A stretch of DNA of 64,000 bases. It comes from an uncultured virus (IMG/VR IMGVR_UViG_3300035429_000180) (lineage: Duplodnaviria > Heunggongvirae > Uroviricota > Caudoviricetes). The DNA lies in the IMG/VR virus record IMGVR_UViG_3300035429_000180; one strand, given 5' to 3'. Shown in pieces: positions 13,001 to 20,105 of the stretch. The notes under the pieces are model-generated. The model was not told the DNA's origin. It ran no database searches and saw nothing but the letters and a program-made list of their open reading frames with translations. Position numbers and translations under genes: made by a program. Position 1 is the first letter of the stretch; each line of letters opens with the position of its first letter.

Positions 13001-16000
13001 AACATTGTACACAAGCTCCCAAGTAAAAAAGAACAGGAGCGAGTTTTTAGCTACATCATGGAGCATGGCACACTCCCTGATGAATACGACTATGTGCTTA
13101 CCACATACGACCAAATCAAGAACGGCACGGCTGACTATGAGCAGAACGAGGACGGCACATGGAACACGGTAGCGCGCAAACTCCCCAAGAAAAGCAAGGG
13201 CTACACCACGGCTGATTACAACGGTCAGGCTCGACGTGACGCGCTTGCCAAACTTGCAGAAGACAATATTACCATACTCGATGAGAGCCACACCGTCGGC
13301 GGCGATAGTGGTTGTGGCCGCTACATGCAGATGTTGACATCACAAGCCGGTGGTGTCACATTCCTCTCGGCCACATTCGCCAAACGCGCCGACAACATGC
13401 CTATCTATGCACAGCGCACGGCAATCGCCGAAGCCGGTGTCAAAGCATCTGAACTCATTGAGGCTATTATGAAGGGTGGCGTAACTCTGCAAGAAATCAT
13501 GTCGAAGCAGTTGGTTGAGTCCGGCCAAATGATACGACGTGAGCGCAGCTTCGAGGGCGTGACTATTGATTGGTTGAGTGTAGCCGAAGAAACCGACCGC
13601 CGCCAGCGTCAGCAGTTCAACGAAGTAGCTGACATCTTCAACGCCATCCGCAACTTCCAGGATGACTACATCACACCGATTATTGACGCTAAAAACGAAG
13701 TGGCAGCAGAGTTTGGTGCGACAGTGGGACATACACAAGGCACAAAGAATCTTGGTGTTCAGAACGTTCCGTTTGCGTCTAAGATGTATAATCTCGTCAA
13801 TCAGTTGCTCTTTACCCTGAAAGTTGACGCTGTGGCCGATCGTGTTGTTGAGAACTTACGCAACGGCTATAAGCCTGTCATCAGCTTCACAAACACAATG
13901 GAAGGCTTCTTGTCGTCAGCCCCGAAAGGTGTTGCTATGGAGGAGGTGCCAAACTTCTCGCTCACTCTTATGCGAGCACTCGACGGTGTAATGCGTTTCA
14001 CTGAAAAGGATGCCGACGAGAACAGCGAGGGCGGCTCTATCTCTCTTAACGAACTTACGACTGAGGGGCAGAACGCCTACAATGCTATCCGTGAAAAGAT
14101 AATGAACTTGTCCGCCGACCTGCCGATCTCTCCTATGGATGCAATCCGTATGAAAATTGAGGAAGCCGGTTACAGCGTGGCCGAGATTACAGGTCGGACT
14201 ATGCAGTTGAACCGCACCGAGGATGGACGCTATATTGTTGAATCTCGCAAGGACCGCGACAAGAAAGCCGCCATGCGCGACTTTAATTCTGGAAAACTCG
14301 ATGTACTGATGATTAACAAATCCGGCTCAACAGGCATTTCTCTTCATGCATCAAGCAAATTTGAGGATCAGCGTCAGCGCGTCATGGTATTCGCTCAATT
14401 CCAGAGCGACATCAACGATGAGGTGCAGATGCGTGGCCGTATTGACCGAAGCGGACAAGTAACCCGTGGCCGCTACGAATACATCATGTCGACCATCCCA
14501 GCCGAGCAGCGCATTCAAATGATGTTCAAAGCCAAGTTAAAGAGCCTCGACGCAAATACCACATCGTCGCAAAAGTCGAAATTCAACGAAATGGAGATTG
14601 TAGACTACCTCAACAAGTATGGCGACGAGGTTGTGTGGGAGTACATGAAGGAACACCCCGAACTTGAAGAACGTCTCGGTGACCCACTCGATATGCTTCA
14701 GGAGAAGAAAGACGACGATGGCCCCCGTACTTCCGAGAAAGAGGATACCTCGAAGAAAACAGGCTGTGCCGGCAAAATCTCTCGTTACCTCGCTTTCCTT
14801 TCCGTAGAGGAACAGGATGAGATATTCCGTGAGATAACCGAGGCATACCGCGTGAAAATTCAGCTTCTTGACGATGCTGGAGAAAACGACCTCGAAATTA
14901 CAACCATGCCCCTGCGAGCCGAGACAAAGCGCAAGCAGATATGGCACGAGGGCGAGAACCCCGGCAGTGGCAACGCCTTTGCCGACAACACCTATGTAGA
15001 GGAAGTTGAGGTTGACGTGCTGAAGAAACCGATGAAGCGCGCCGAGATTGAAGAAGCTACTCGCAAGCTCGTGGGCGACAAAGGACTTGCCACCGAATAC
15101 GACCAACAGCGTCATGGTATGAAAGAGGGCGACATGAATTGGCGTCGTTATGCCGAAACGATGCAAGAAGAAATCACACAATTCTTTCATACAAAGGCAG
15201 ATGAAGCCGTCGCCAAGCTCAAAGAAGCCGGAGATGCTCGTGTAGCCAAAGTAAGGGAAAAGGCAGTTTCAGCCGCCACCAAAGCGAGAAGTCGCGGAGA
15301 AAACAACTTTAGCGACGAGGAAATTCAGTCTCTTGCCGATACCGTTGCCAATGAAGCCCGCGAGAAAGAGATCTACAAGCAGCGCAAACGCCGTGAGGAA
15401 ATCATGGCAGTAAAAGACCGCATAAAGTCTCTGTTTACCAATCTCCGTGCCGGCAATATCTACGTTGTGCCGCAAGACCTCAAACAAGCTACGCCCGAAA
15501 TGTTCTCGCAGACATTTGGCACGTTTGTAGGCTTCAAGTTCAACAAGAGTTATACACTCGGCTCATCGACTGCAATCTTCGCAACGCTCGACGGTCGCCG
15601 CAAGGTAGAACTCGCATTGAGCGACCCCGGACTGCAAACCATCATCGGAGCCACCAACATTGCCTATCGCTTTTCTCCGAAAGAGATAAACGCCATCAAC
15701 ATGGAGAATTGGGATAGCAAAGTGCCTACGCAGACACGCCAAAAGCGTTACATCATCACCGGCAATCTTCTTCAGGCACTCGTCGACACCGAGAAAGGCG
15801 AGAAGACAAGAGGCAACCTCATAAGCTATTCCACTATCGACGGCGAAACACGTCAGGGCATACTTATGGGCGAGAACTTCAAGCTTACCGACCTGCGCAA
15901 CAGCGCGTCGTTGAGCAGCCGCCTCGCGCAGATACGCGAGGGTAAGGCCGTTGTCAGTGAGAATGGCGACGTGCAGATCGAGAAAGTCTCATTTGGTTGG

Positions 16001-19000
16001 CAACACCGAGGCGACTACGAATTGCGCGTACCGAAGTCGAAGCAGCGCGGCGGCATCTATACAATGCACCCTGACTTATTGAAGCTCGTAGACGGCCACA
16101 ACTTTATTACCAAAGGCAACAATATGATAGCGTATGTCGCCGAGGCTGATATTGCCAAAGTGGTTGATATGTTGAGCCGTGCGCCGTTCAATCTAACCGT
16201 TGTAGAAGAATCGAAGCTGACTGATGTTTCTGCCGATGAAGCGGAAGACGATGTAGCCGAACAGGAGCGTCAGCGAATGGGTGACGGCTACGGCGCATAT
16301 ACAGATGCTGAGATTTCATACTTCAATGATCCTATGTCAAAAGCTCTCGGTAAAAACCGTTTCAGCAAGAAACGTCAGGCCGAGTTTGCCGCCCGTGAAC
16401 GTCAGCGCATGGTGACCCGTATTCAGGAACTTGTTGAGCGTATGCACCTTGACAATGTGGAAATTGTTACCGACGCTTCACAACTTGATGGCAAACGAGC
16501 CAAAGCAAAGGGCTTCTATAACAAGCGCACAGGCAAAATCACCATCGTAATCCCGAATAATGTCAGCACCATAGACGCAGAACAGACTCTACTCCATGAA
16601 GCTGTTGCTCATTATGGCCTACGTCAACTTTTCGGAGAGCACTTTAATACATTCCTGGATAATGTATATCAGTCAGCCGACGAGAGCATACGACGTAAAA
16701 TAGCAGAGATGGCAGCTAAAAATGGTTGGGATTTCCGCACTGCAACCGAAGAATATCTTGCCGGCCTCGCTGAAGACACAAGTTTCAGCGAAGCTCAGAA
16801 TTATACCGGATGGTGGTCAAAGATCAAACGCCTATTCCTTGATATGCTTGATAAGATTGGTTTTGAGGGCTTCCGTGATAAGGTGGGTGTTGTATTGACC
16901 GATAATGAGCTTCGATACATCTTGTGGCGCAGCTATCAAAACCTTGCAAGACCGGACCGCTATCGCAGCATATTAGGAGAAGCCGCAGATGTAGTCAAAC
17001 AGTCGGAACTGAAAGTAGGCAACTATGCTGAGCAAAGTATTGAGGCCGAGTATGCCGCAGAGGGAGACCTTTACCGTCCAGGCGACTTCTCGCCCCGCGA
17101 CCGAGTGTTTGCCCGCTATGCCTACGAAAGCATGGTGAGAAGTGGCAGCTATCAATTCAAGGAAGCCGTGCAAGACAGTATGCTTGGCTTAAAGGCACTC
17201 TATCAGGCTATCCTCGGAAAGAAAACCCGACTTGAAGATGTGGCCGGATTTGAGAATGCCTATTTGTTCGAGAACCGCATGAGCAGTATGAACGCCGGAG
17301 AGCAGCACGAATATTTCCAACGCTATATGCAGCCGCTCTTGAAAGAGATTGGCTGCATTGCCGGTGCAAATGAGCGTAAGCGCAGAGAGTTGACCGACTA
17401 CATCATGGCAAAGCACGGCCTTGAGCGCAACGAGTATATGCGTAATGAGGCCACAGCTAATGGTGAGGACTCTGATCGTGATTTTGCCGGTCTTATTGGG
17501 CTGACAGGCGAAGCCGATTGGCAGAGCGCAGAGGACACCGCACGGCAGTGGGTTGACGATTACGAATCCATGTATGACACCACATCACTGTGGGAAGCTA
17601 TCAACAAGGCGACAAAGGCCACACTTGAAAAGGTATATCTTTCAGGTATCATCAGCAAGGAAACTTACGAGAAGATACTTGGAATGTATGACTACTATGT
17701 GCCACTACGCGGTTGGGACGAGACCACGAGCGACGAGGTATATGGTTACCTGACGAGTAAAGACGGTCCTCTTGGCGGCAGCATCATGAAAAAGGCAGAA
17801 GGACGTGAGAGCATGGCCGACGATCCTATTGCCACAATAGGCATGATGGCCGACGACGCAATCCGTCAGGGCAACCGCAACCTTATGAAGCAGCGTTTTC
17901 TCAACTTCATACTGAACCACCCCAGCGACGCAGTAAGTGTGCATGACCTATGGCTCGAATACAACGACGTAACCGACGAGTGGGTGCCTGTCTTTGCAGA
18001 TATTGAAGAAACCGATACCGCCGACGTTGTAGAGCAAAAGGTTAAGGACTTCGAGGAACGCTTGGAAGCATTACGCACCTCCGACCCTGACAAGTATAAG
18101 AAAGGTCGTGAGGCACAGCATATACCATATAAGGTTGTGCGTGGCAATCTTCGTGAACATCAGATACTCATCAAGCGCAATGGCCGTACATTTGTCGCTA
18201 CCATTAACGGCAATCCGAGAGCGGCACAGGCAATCAACGGCCTAACCAATCCCGATGTTGATCAGAACGGCGTTGTCGGCAATATGCTGAAAGCCGGTAC
18301 ATGGATCAACCGTCAGTTATCGGCATTCTACACCACACGAAACCCGGACTTCGTTGTGGGCAACTTCTTCCGCGATATGTTATACTCCACCTGTATGACA
18401 TGGGTAAAGGAAAGCCCACGATACGCCCGACGCTTCCACAAGAATTTTGCTCGTGTCAACCCGATTGTCATGCGCCGTCTTCTCGGTAAGTGGGAGAATG
18501 GAACACTCAACATGGGTAACCGTCTTGAGAGCCTTTTCTATCAGTTTATGAAGAACGGCGGCGAGACCGGCTACACCAATGTCCGCGACATAGAGGGCCA
18601 CAAGAGAGCTGTAGCCTCAGAGCTGAAGAAAATATCTCGTAGGGATATTGGGCATAAAACTTGGTTCTGGCTTGGTCAACAGTTAGATTTACTCAACCGC
18701 TCCGCCGAGAACTGCGCCCGCTTCGCCGCTTTCGTTACCTCTCGCGACTTTGGCCGAAACATCGACCGAGCAATCTACGACGCAAAGGAGATTAGTGTCA
18801 ACTTCAACAAGAAAGGCAGCGGCGGCAAAATGGTGAACGCTACCGGCCAAACCAAACTCGGCAAGACAGGCTCATATCTTAGCGGCGGTGGCCGTATCTT
18901 GTATGTGTTCTGGAATGCCGGTGTTCAAGGCATGACCAACTTCGGCCGACAGGCTAAATTGCATCCGGCAAAATTCTCCGTCGGTGCTACCGCTCTGTTC

Positions 19001-20023
19001 ACTCTCGGCTACGTTATCCCAATGCTTGCCCAAATGTTAGGCGGTGGAGACGGTGACGACGACGATAAGAACGCATACTACAACTTGCCTGAATACGTCC
19101 GTCGTTCAAACATCTGCTTCTATGCCGGCGACCGATGGATAACAATCCCCCTGCCTATCGAGTATCGTGCTATGTACGGTATGGGCGAACTTGCGCACGG
19201 CGTAATCAGCGGCAACGAGAGATACAGCAGCTCCGAGCTTGCTCACCAAATGGCTTCGCAAGTATCACAAATTATGCCACTCGATATGCTCGAAGGCGGC
19301 GGTGGTATATCTCCGTTCATACCGAGTGCAGCCAAGCCGTTTACCGAAGCCTACATTATGAATAAGGGCTGGACAGGCCTACCTGTTTACAAGGATACCC
19401 CGTTCAATAAGAACGACCCCGAATGGACGAAAGCATATGCAAGTACCGACACTCATCTTGTAGACTTTGCCAAATGGCTTAATGAAACATCAGGCGGCGA
19501 CGACTTCAAGAAAGGCTCTATTGACATCAACCCTGCCAAGATTGAATATATGCTCAACGGCACTTTTGGCGGCCTGTTCACTTTCCCAAACAAAGTAAAG
19601 AAGTCAGCAGAAACAGCTTTTGGCGATCGAGATTTTGAGTGGCGCAATATGCCAATCGCCAACCGCCTTATAAAGTCCGGCGACGAGCGCACGGCCAACC
19701 GCAAGCTCCAAAACGAATATTTCAAATATTTGAAAGAGTATGAAGCAACCGGCCAACTGATGCGCAAGTATGAAAACGCAGACGCAGACGGCATCATGGG
19801 CTATGCAGAAAGGATTAATTTTCTTGAAAACTCGCCCGAATATGCCCGGTGGGAAATCTTCGATGAGTTCAAGGCTGACATCGACGCTTACCGCGAGGAT
19901 ATTGCAGCAGAGACTAACGATGAAGAGCGCAAACGTATCGAGGTAGAAATGTACGCGGTTATGCGTGAGTTGGTTGATGCTTTGCATGACCCGGAAGCAT
20001 ACCGTAAACATAAGCAGGAATAG
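4064..20023 (+). CDS. Giant polyvalent virion protein (DarB-like): ddrB/ParB-like, inorganic-pyrophosphatase-like, N6-adenine MTase, Strawberry-notch/SF2 helicase, zincin metallopeptidase, LPD38-like C-terminus
   Basis: 5319 aa; VIQGNNRS (ParB-like), AQKEAGNYKKGH..GDHIDVFL (PPase-like), QQYSTP/LEPSAGNG/NPPF (MTase), GDMTGVGKG/DESH/SATF/QMRGRIDR (helicase), HEAVAH (HExxxH). Confidence 0.85.
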   Translation: MTQDNKSPLYTLYESLKADNYDVPDTYESFERTLNASGNEGTNNRMTLYNSLKENNYDVPDTYESFANTLFAPERPAAPTTPVDTLATPTPPPATPTSAQYFKLRRGGKDFTVSTDEVNAAGGLAGWAAANPGAPLRVYMQGKKDDGTDFDGHVDLSVAHDRSKQRGYKYTTTSEAIEDKPWQPTEQEKIAISRQLNQVQAQTDAMFAETRERMENVSEYYRGNRGLGFQTVEGKPVLNPETGKMEKTYLTPTGDRTTSKTAADMSTFNFRQAMASADMSVGAQIRRAEAELAELKRKYEDSKGRVHGEWADDYKKNDAPLAAVLAANTYVPHQMSDKENSALRVAIRQRKEQLKDLYEERDRQIGKDVGFWRGFGRVVSDSRTWDFGTGDLMDAMTMLNVDKYSAPDATEGEKQAGQEMLKAIHDKQQVEEMYGGNASFWNRAGVMTGYMPSFMLDFALTGGGYEVINVAGKAAARGTAKLIGEAAIKEMTELGVKAYAKKYGVRGIGRMAENWTIKALGTTADDLLIRAPLMTNTVQVGKTTADIIDRKLGDVVVDANGNYDFSNDKTWGSAIWQGEANAIIENYSEMFGAHLDGVVPALAKTFGGKRISGMLARANASSYGQILATTRKQFERLGVSDYFGEVSEEYYGQLWRTMLNLDDAYTNVPVYDKQGNQVLDEQGNPVYERKNLLFTGQFHGDIWGGMALSMGLMGAGKYTLSGIAYGSMKHQVNKADRKAAEIFTPERWETIREIVDSTTNDDMGALAESIINDPNLSDEERTAVLGYMERSLNLRGLNLGAMAQSRGVEDEEGAEMTPSIEMEIDSELSQSYIDGYEASSPQEMNDAQNMFEYQRQRVEGMFDPSVLESLDGSPIATLMDMSQTGLYSQEEIDAARDYINAKTVRDGILQRVNDNIDEQIAQSDAMIDARVNPASSMIQPAIMGLDDRQVYVVGGTLAINPDGTIDREASDESIVVRDAVTGEVEFTDPKSIVSAGEAIDPEMEKAIAVDNIRQQAAQAAADAMNGTLAFNPGDVMEINDGGGLIQVTILGPLVDEESGMPIDGQVMVQFPNGQQTAFAKEQLQSFADAANLERLNNFEQERAAARTQQQATEAEALRPQFALNDEFTIINESGMPVRGSITGELDEDGTVEIYTEEPINGQRVGRYTPDELEQMFDTYNGQTVTVPKIAENVPNIEETPENAREISENSTETVPNPYEAAPMQPQQTALSNIPLDEQGQPNYIEADADTAWDAIVELSGDEEIAAEVVADYVNEAEADFNAAEKALSKTKEGKPEKRKAGDPAPTMEERIAAKKAAKEALGEAQAIRDRAKYIFDQWKKIAGTKQRREAERRSAEDAEARRRAEERAVEEARLRAEREEADRIEREALNGVPDWSVDTPVDARARGYRRNGPQKVDRPEIIDNHAIGNSVEVKFGDDVMQRGNVVVIDASQLQPSHRDGQRNPAHFLDEAQPKERKDAASRFAASKIAENIRPEEITSSVTAYTGAPSINSRGEVIQGNNRSEALRLMYEGYADSAAKYKQYLIDHAAEFGLTPEAIEAFEQPVLANMLDVSDENAITLGQYVAQDTESGGIERIKPKNAVQKMGDKIRNFANLLLRSADDEATFAQLVDANGINVLKWMNQQGFITNTQYASAFDSKGNLTAEAANDLKGIMYQSIFTGGSTRLEEMFNKMPAKAQRAILATAFRDYDSILADRMISEIQQSIIAFDALMGYEQFRDAANAEASQHAAEAWKLQFAFDDVSGKPYLPSETFSNFALALAAMYKGSTQKHIQSVFNMMYDIVQGTEQDNLFEAADKTPKPLAEAIRRVLNLEYQPITKQTTDNGTNGSAVLDINRKDGQDGRPGSDGNADGAEQHQEETEPADSGAGTASDSGQRDGIKSSLGDRVKEAEAEVNTDPTPAQKEAGNYKKGHVQIGTFDVTIEQPVGSVRRGTDADGKEWETTMQNTYGYIRGTEGVDGDHIDVFLSDNIDGWNGRRVVIVDQYNPDGTFDEHKVMLGFNDKADAINAYLANYEEGWDKDRRLVFSSAIIDDFEKWIESSHRKQKPYHEYKIAEKAEIEESTPENPISTSPVWTADHQFWIDLIRNYINYNNHIDAECLDYEPFLANGGFAKFYSLFGDGYEQILDTLNNESKTAGHSTLAQPAEIGAETQQDANKPVNPSGNKLVTDERYAELRERMRKKLGGQFNMGVDPEILTIGTEMAVYHIEKGARKFKAYASAMIADLGDAIRPYLKSFYNAVRDMPEAEAAGLVADMDSYDDVRHVDIANFDKSSTDAMATAAAVMAEQEAEKQKAEAQAKSINKRNEKNNKAKSATNAPDIHVPEQRPVADLIGDSATYQERETQTVELVEEIGGVIESRVDMLQLAPESVKPLTMTDVKKMASKYPALKDISDTDLQELVELAMTQLTRSEALVNIDGTAEQQRSAYDHIVNLYQIQPSLNARDSERLIKQQYSTPTPFGYVMGQFVRAGGKSVDSMLEPSAGNGALTITVDPSVVHVNDIDEARLANLRKLGFGQVTAQDALLPFSGDMVDVVMTNPPFGTVTEKVYDGVFRISSLEGQMAINALEQMKDDGRAAIVIGGNTSYRTNGSMNPKDAAFFGYLYSHYNVADVINISGKALYSRNGTGYDVRMILIDGRKTGEFKRVFPPVKAKACAEQITTFDELYKRVQDDIQQIQQVGSQSANVQRDPETAADGTASAPVRSGNNRPNTGAGQRPGTTGDAVRDTPRTDSGQPTPGNVGSRPSGVDNADTGNAGSTDNVPQSKPEQPRSIGGGSTQNGAGRSGSDGRGTVASRPDRGAERLEIKPDLNTEKVPYPNQSDNGFTLMSVVPAAQAQVLQKSLGEIGDVDQYLVDGLGYSSKEELYSYLAAEQIDSVALAIHQMNNGNAFIIGDMTGVGKGRQGAALIRYAVKQGKVPIYFTQKPTLYTDNYRDLCDIGSSDLRPFIIASNPKDANIVDADGNIVHKLPSKKEQERVFSYIMEHGTLPDEYDYVLTTYDQIKNGTADYEQNEDGTWNTVARKLPKKSKGYTTADYNGQARRDALAKLAEDNITILDESHTVGGDSGCGRYMQMLTSQAGGVTFLSATFAKRADNMPIYAQRTAIAEAGVKASELIEAIMKGGVTLQEIMSKQLVESGQMIRRERSFEGVTIDWLSVAEETDRRQRQQFNEVADIFNAIRNFQDDYITPIIDAKNEVAAEFGATVGHTQGTKNLGVQNVPFASKMYNLVNQLLFTLKVDAVADRVVENLRNGYKPVISFTNTMEGFLSSAPKGVAMEEVPNFSLTLMRALDGVMRFTEKDADENSEGGSISLNELTTEGQNAYNAIREKIMNLSADLPISPMDAIRMKIEEAGYSVAEITGRTMQLNRTEDGRYIVESRKDRDKKAAMRDFNSGKLDVLMINKSGSTGISLHASSKFEDQRQRVMVFAQFQSDINDEVQMRGRIDRSGQVTRGRYEYIMSTIPAEQRIQMMFKAKLKSLDANTTSSQKSKFNEMEIVDYLNKYGDEVVWEYMKEHPELEERLGDPLDMLQEKKDDDGPRTSEKEDTSKKTGCAGKISRYLAFLSVEEQDEIFREITEAYRVKIQLLDDAGENDLEITTMPLRAETKRKQIWHEGENPGSGNAFADNTYVEEVEVDVLKKPMKRAEIEEATRKLVGDKGLATEYDQQRHGMKEGDMNWRRYAETMQEEITQFFHTKADEAVAKLKEAGDARVAKVREKAVSAATKARSRGENNFSDEEIQSLADTVANEAREKEIYKQRKRREEIMAVKDRIKSLFTNLRAGNIYVVPQDLKQATPEMFSQTFGTFVGFKFNKSYTLGSSTAIFATLDGRRKVELALSDPGLQTIIGATNIAYRFSPKEINAINMENWDSKVPTQTRQKRYIITGNLLQALVDTEKGEKTRGNLISYSTIDGETRQGILMGENFKLTDLRNSASLSSRLAQIREGKAVVSENGDVQIEKVSFGWQHRGDYELRVPKSKQRGGIYTMHPDLLKLVDGHNFITKGNNMIAYVAEADIAKVVDMLSRAPFNLTVVEESKLTDVSADEAEDDVAEQERQRMGDGYGAYTDAEISYFNDPMSKALGKNRFSKKRQAEFAARERQRMVTRIQELVERMHLDNVEIVTDASQLDGKRAKAKGFYNKRTGKITIVIPNNVSTIDAEQTLLHEAVAHYGLRQLFGEHFNTFLDNVYQSADESIRRKIAEMAAKNGWDFRTATEEYLAGLAEDTSFSEAQNYTGWWSKIKRLFLDMLDKIGFEGFRDKVGVVLTDNELRYILWRSYQNLARPDRYRSILGEAADVVKQSELKVGNYAEQSIEAEYAAEGDLYRPGDFSPRDRVFARYAYESMVRSGSYQFKEAVQDSMLGLKALYQAILGKKTRLEDVAGFENAYLFENRMSSMNAGEQHEYFQRYMQPLLKEIGCIAGANERKRRELTDYIMAKHGLERNEYMRNEATANGEDSDRDFAGLIGLTGEADWQSAEDTARQWVDDYESMYDTTSLWEAINKATKATLEKVYLSGIISKETYEKILGMYDYYVPLRGWDETTSDEVYGYLTSKDGPLGGSIMKKAEGRESMADDPIATIGMMADDAIRQGNRNLMKQRFLNFILNHPSDAVSVHDLWLEYNDVTDEWVPVFADIEETDTADVVEQKVKDFEERLEALRTSDPDKYKKGREAQHIPYKVVRGNLREHQILIKRNGRTFVATINGNPRAAQAINGLTNPDVDQNGVVGNMLKAGTWINRQLSAFYTTRNPDFVVGNFFRDMLYSTCMTWVKESPRYARRFHKNFARVNPIVMRRLLGKWENGTLNMGNRLESLFYQFMKNGGETGYTNVRDIEGHKRAVASELKKISRRDIGHKTWFWLGQQLDLLNRSAENCARFAAFVTSRDFGRNIDRAIYDAKEISVNFNKKGSGGKMVNATGQTKLGKTGSYLSGGGRILYVFWNAGVQGMTNFGRQAKLHPAKFSVGATALFTLGYVIPMLAQMLGGGDGDDDDKNAYYNLPEYVRRSNICFYAGDRWITIPLPIEYRAMYGMGELAHGVISGNERYSSSELAHQMASQVSQIMPLDMLEGGGGISPFIPSAAKPFTEAYIMNKGWTGLPVYKDTPFNKNDPEWTKAYASTDTHLVDFAKWLNETSGGDDFKKGSIDINPAKIEYMLNGTFGGLFTFPNKVKKSAETAFGDRDFEWRNMPIANRLIKSGDERTANRKLQNEYFKYLKEYEATGQLMRKYENADADGIMGYAERINFLENSPEYARWEIFDEFKADIDAYREDIAAETNDEERKRIEVEMYAVMRELVDALHDPEAYRKHKQE

Positions 20024-20066
20024 TTAACAAATCGGAGGCAAGGATATTCAGTATCTTTGCCTCCGA
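20017..20066 (+). promoter_or_regulatory. Portal promoter (GGAATAGTTAAC-N23-TATCTTTG) overlapping a 15-bp inverted repeat (20032-20066)
   Basis: tcggaggcaaggata-ttcag-tatctttgcctccga, 1 mismatch; the -7 box lies in the right arm. Confidence 0.6.
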
Positions 20067-20105
20067 CAAACCGCAGCTAAAGTTGCATAGTATAAACAAA
20101 GAGTT

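Noticed and set aside
4064..20023. Tape-measure protein
   Set aside because: Contains enzymatic domains rather than TMP repeats, and no tail tube or chaperone genes were recognised.
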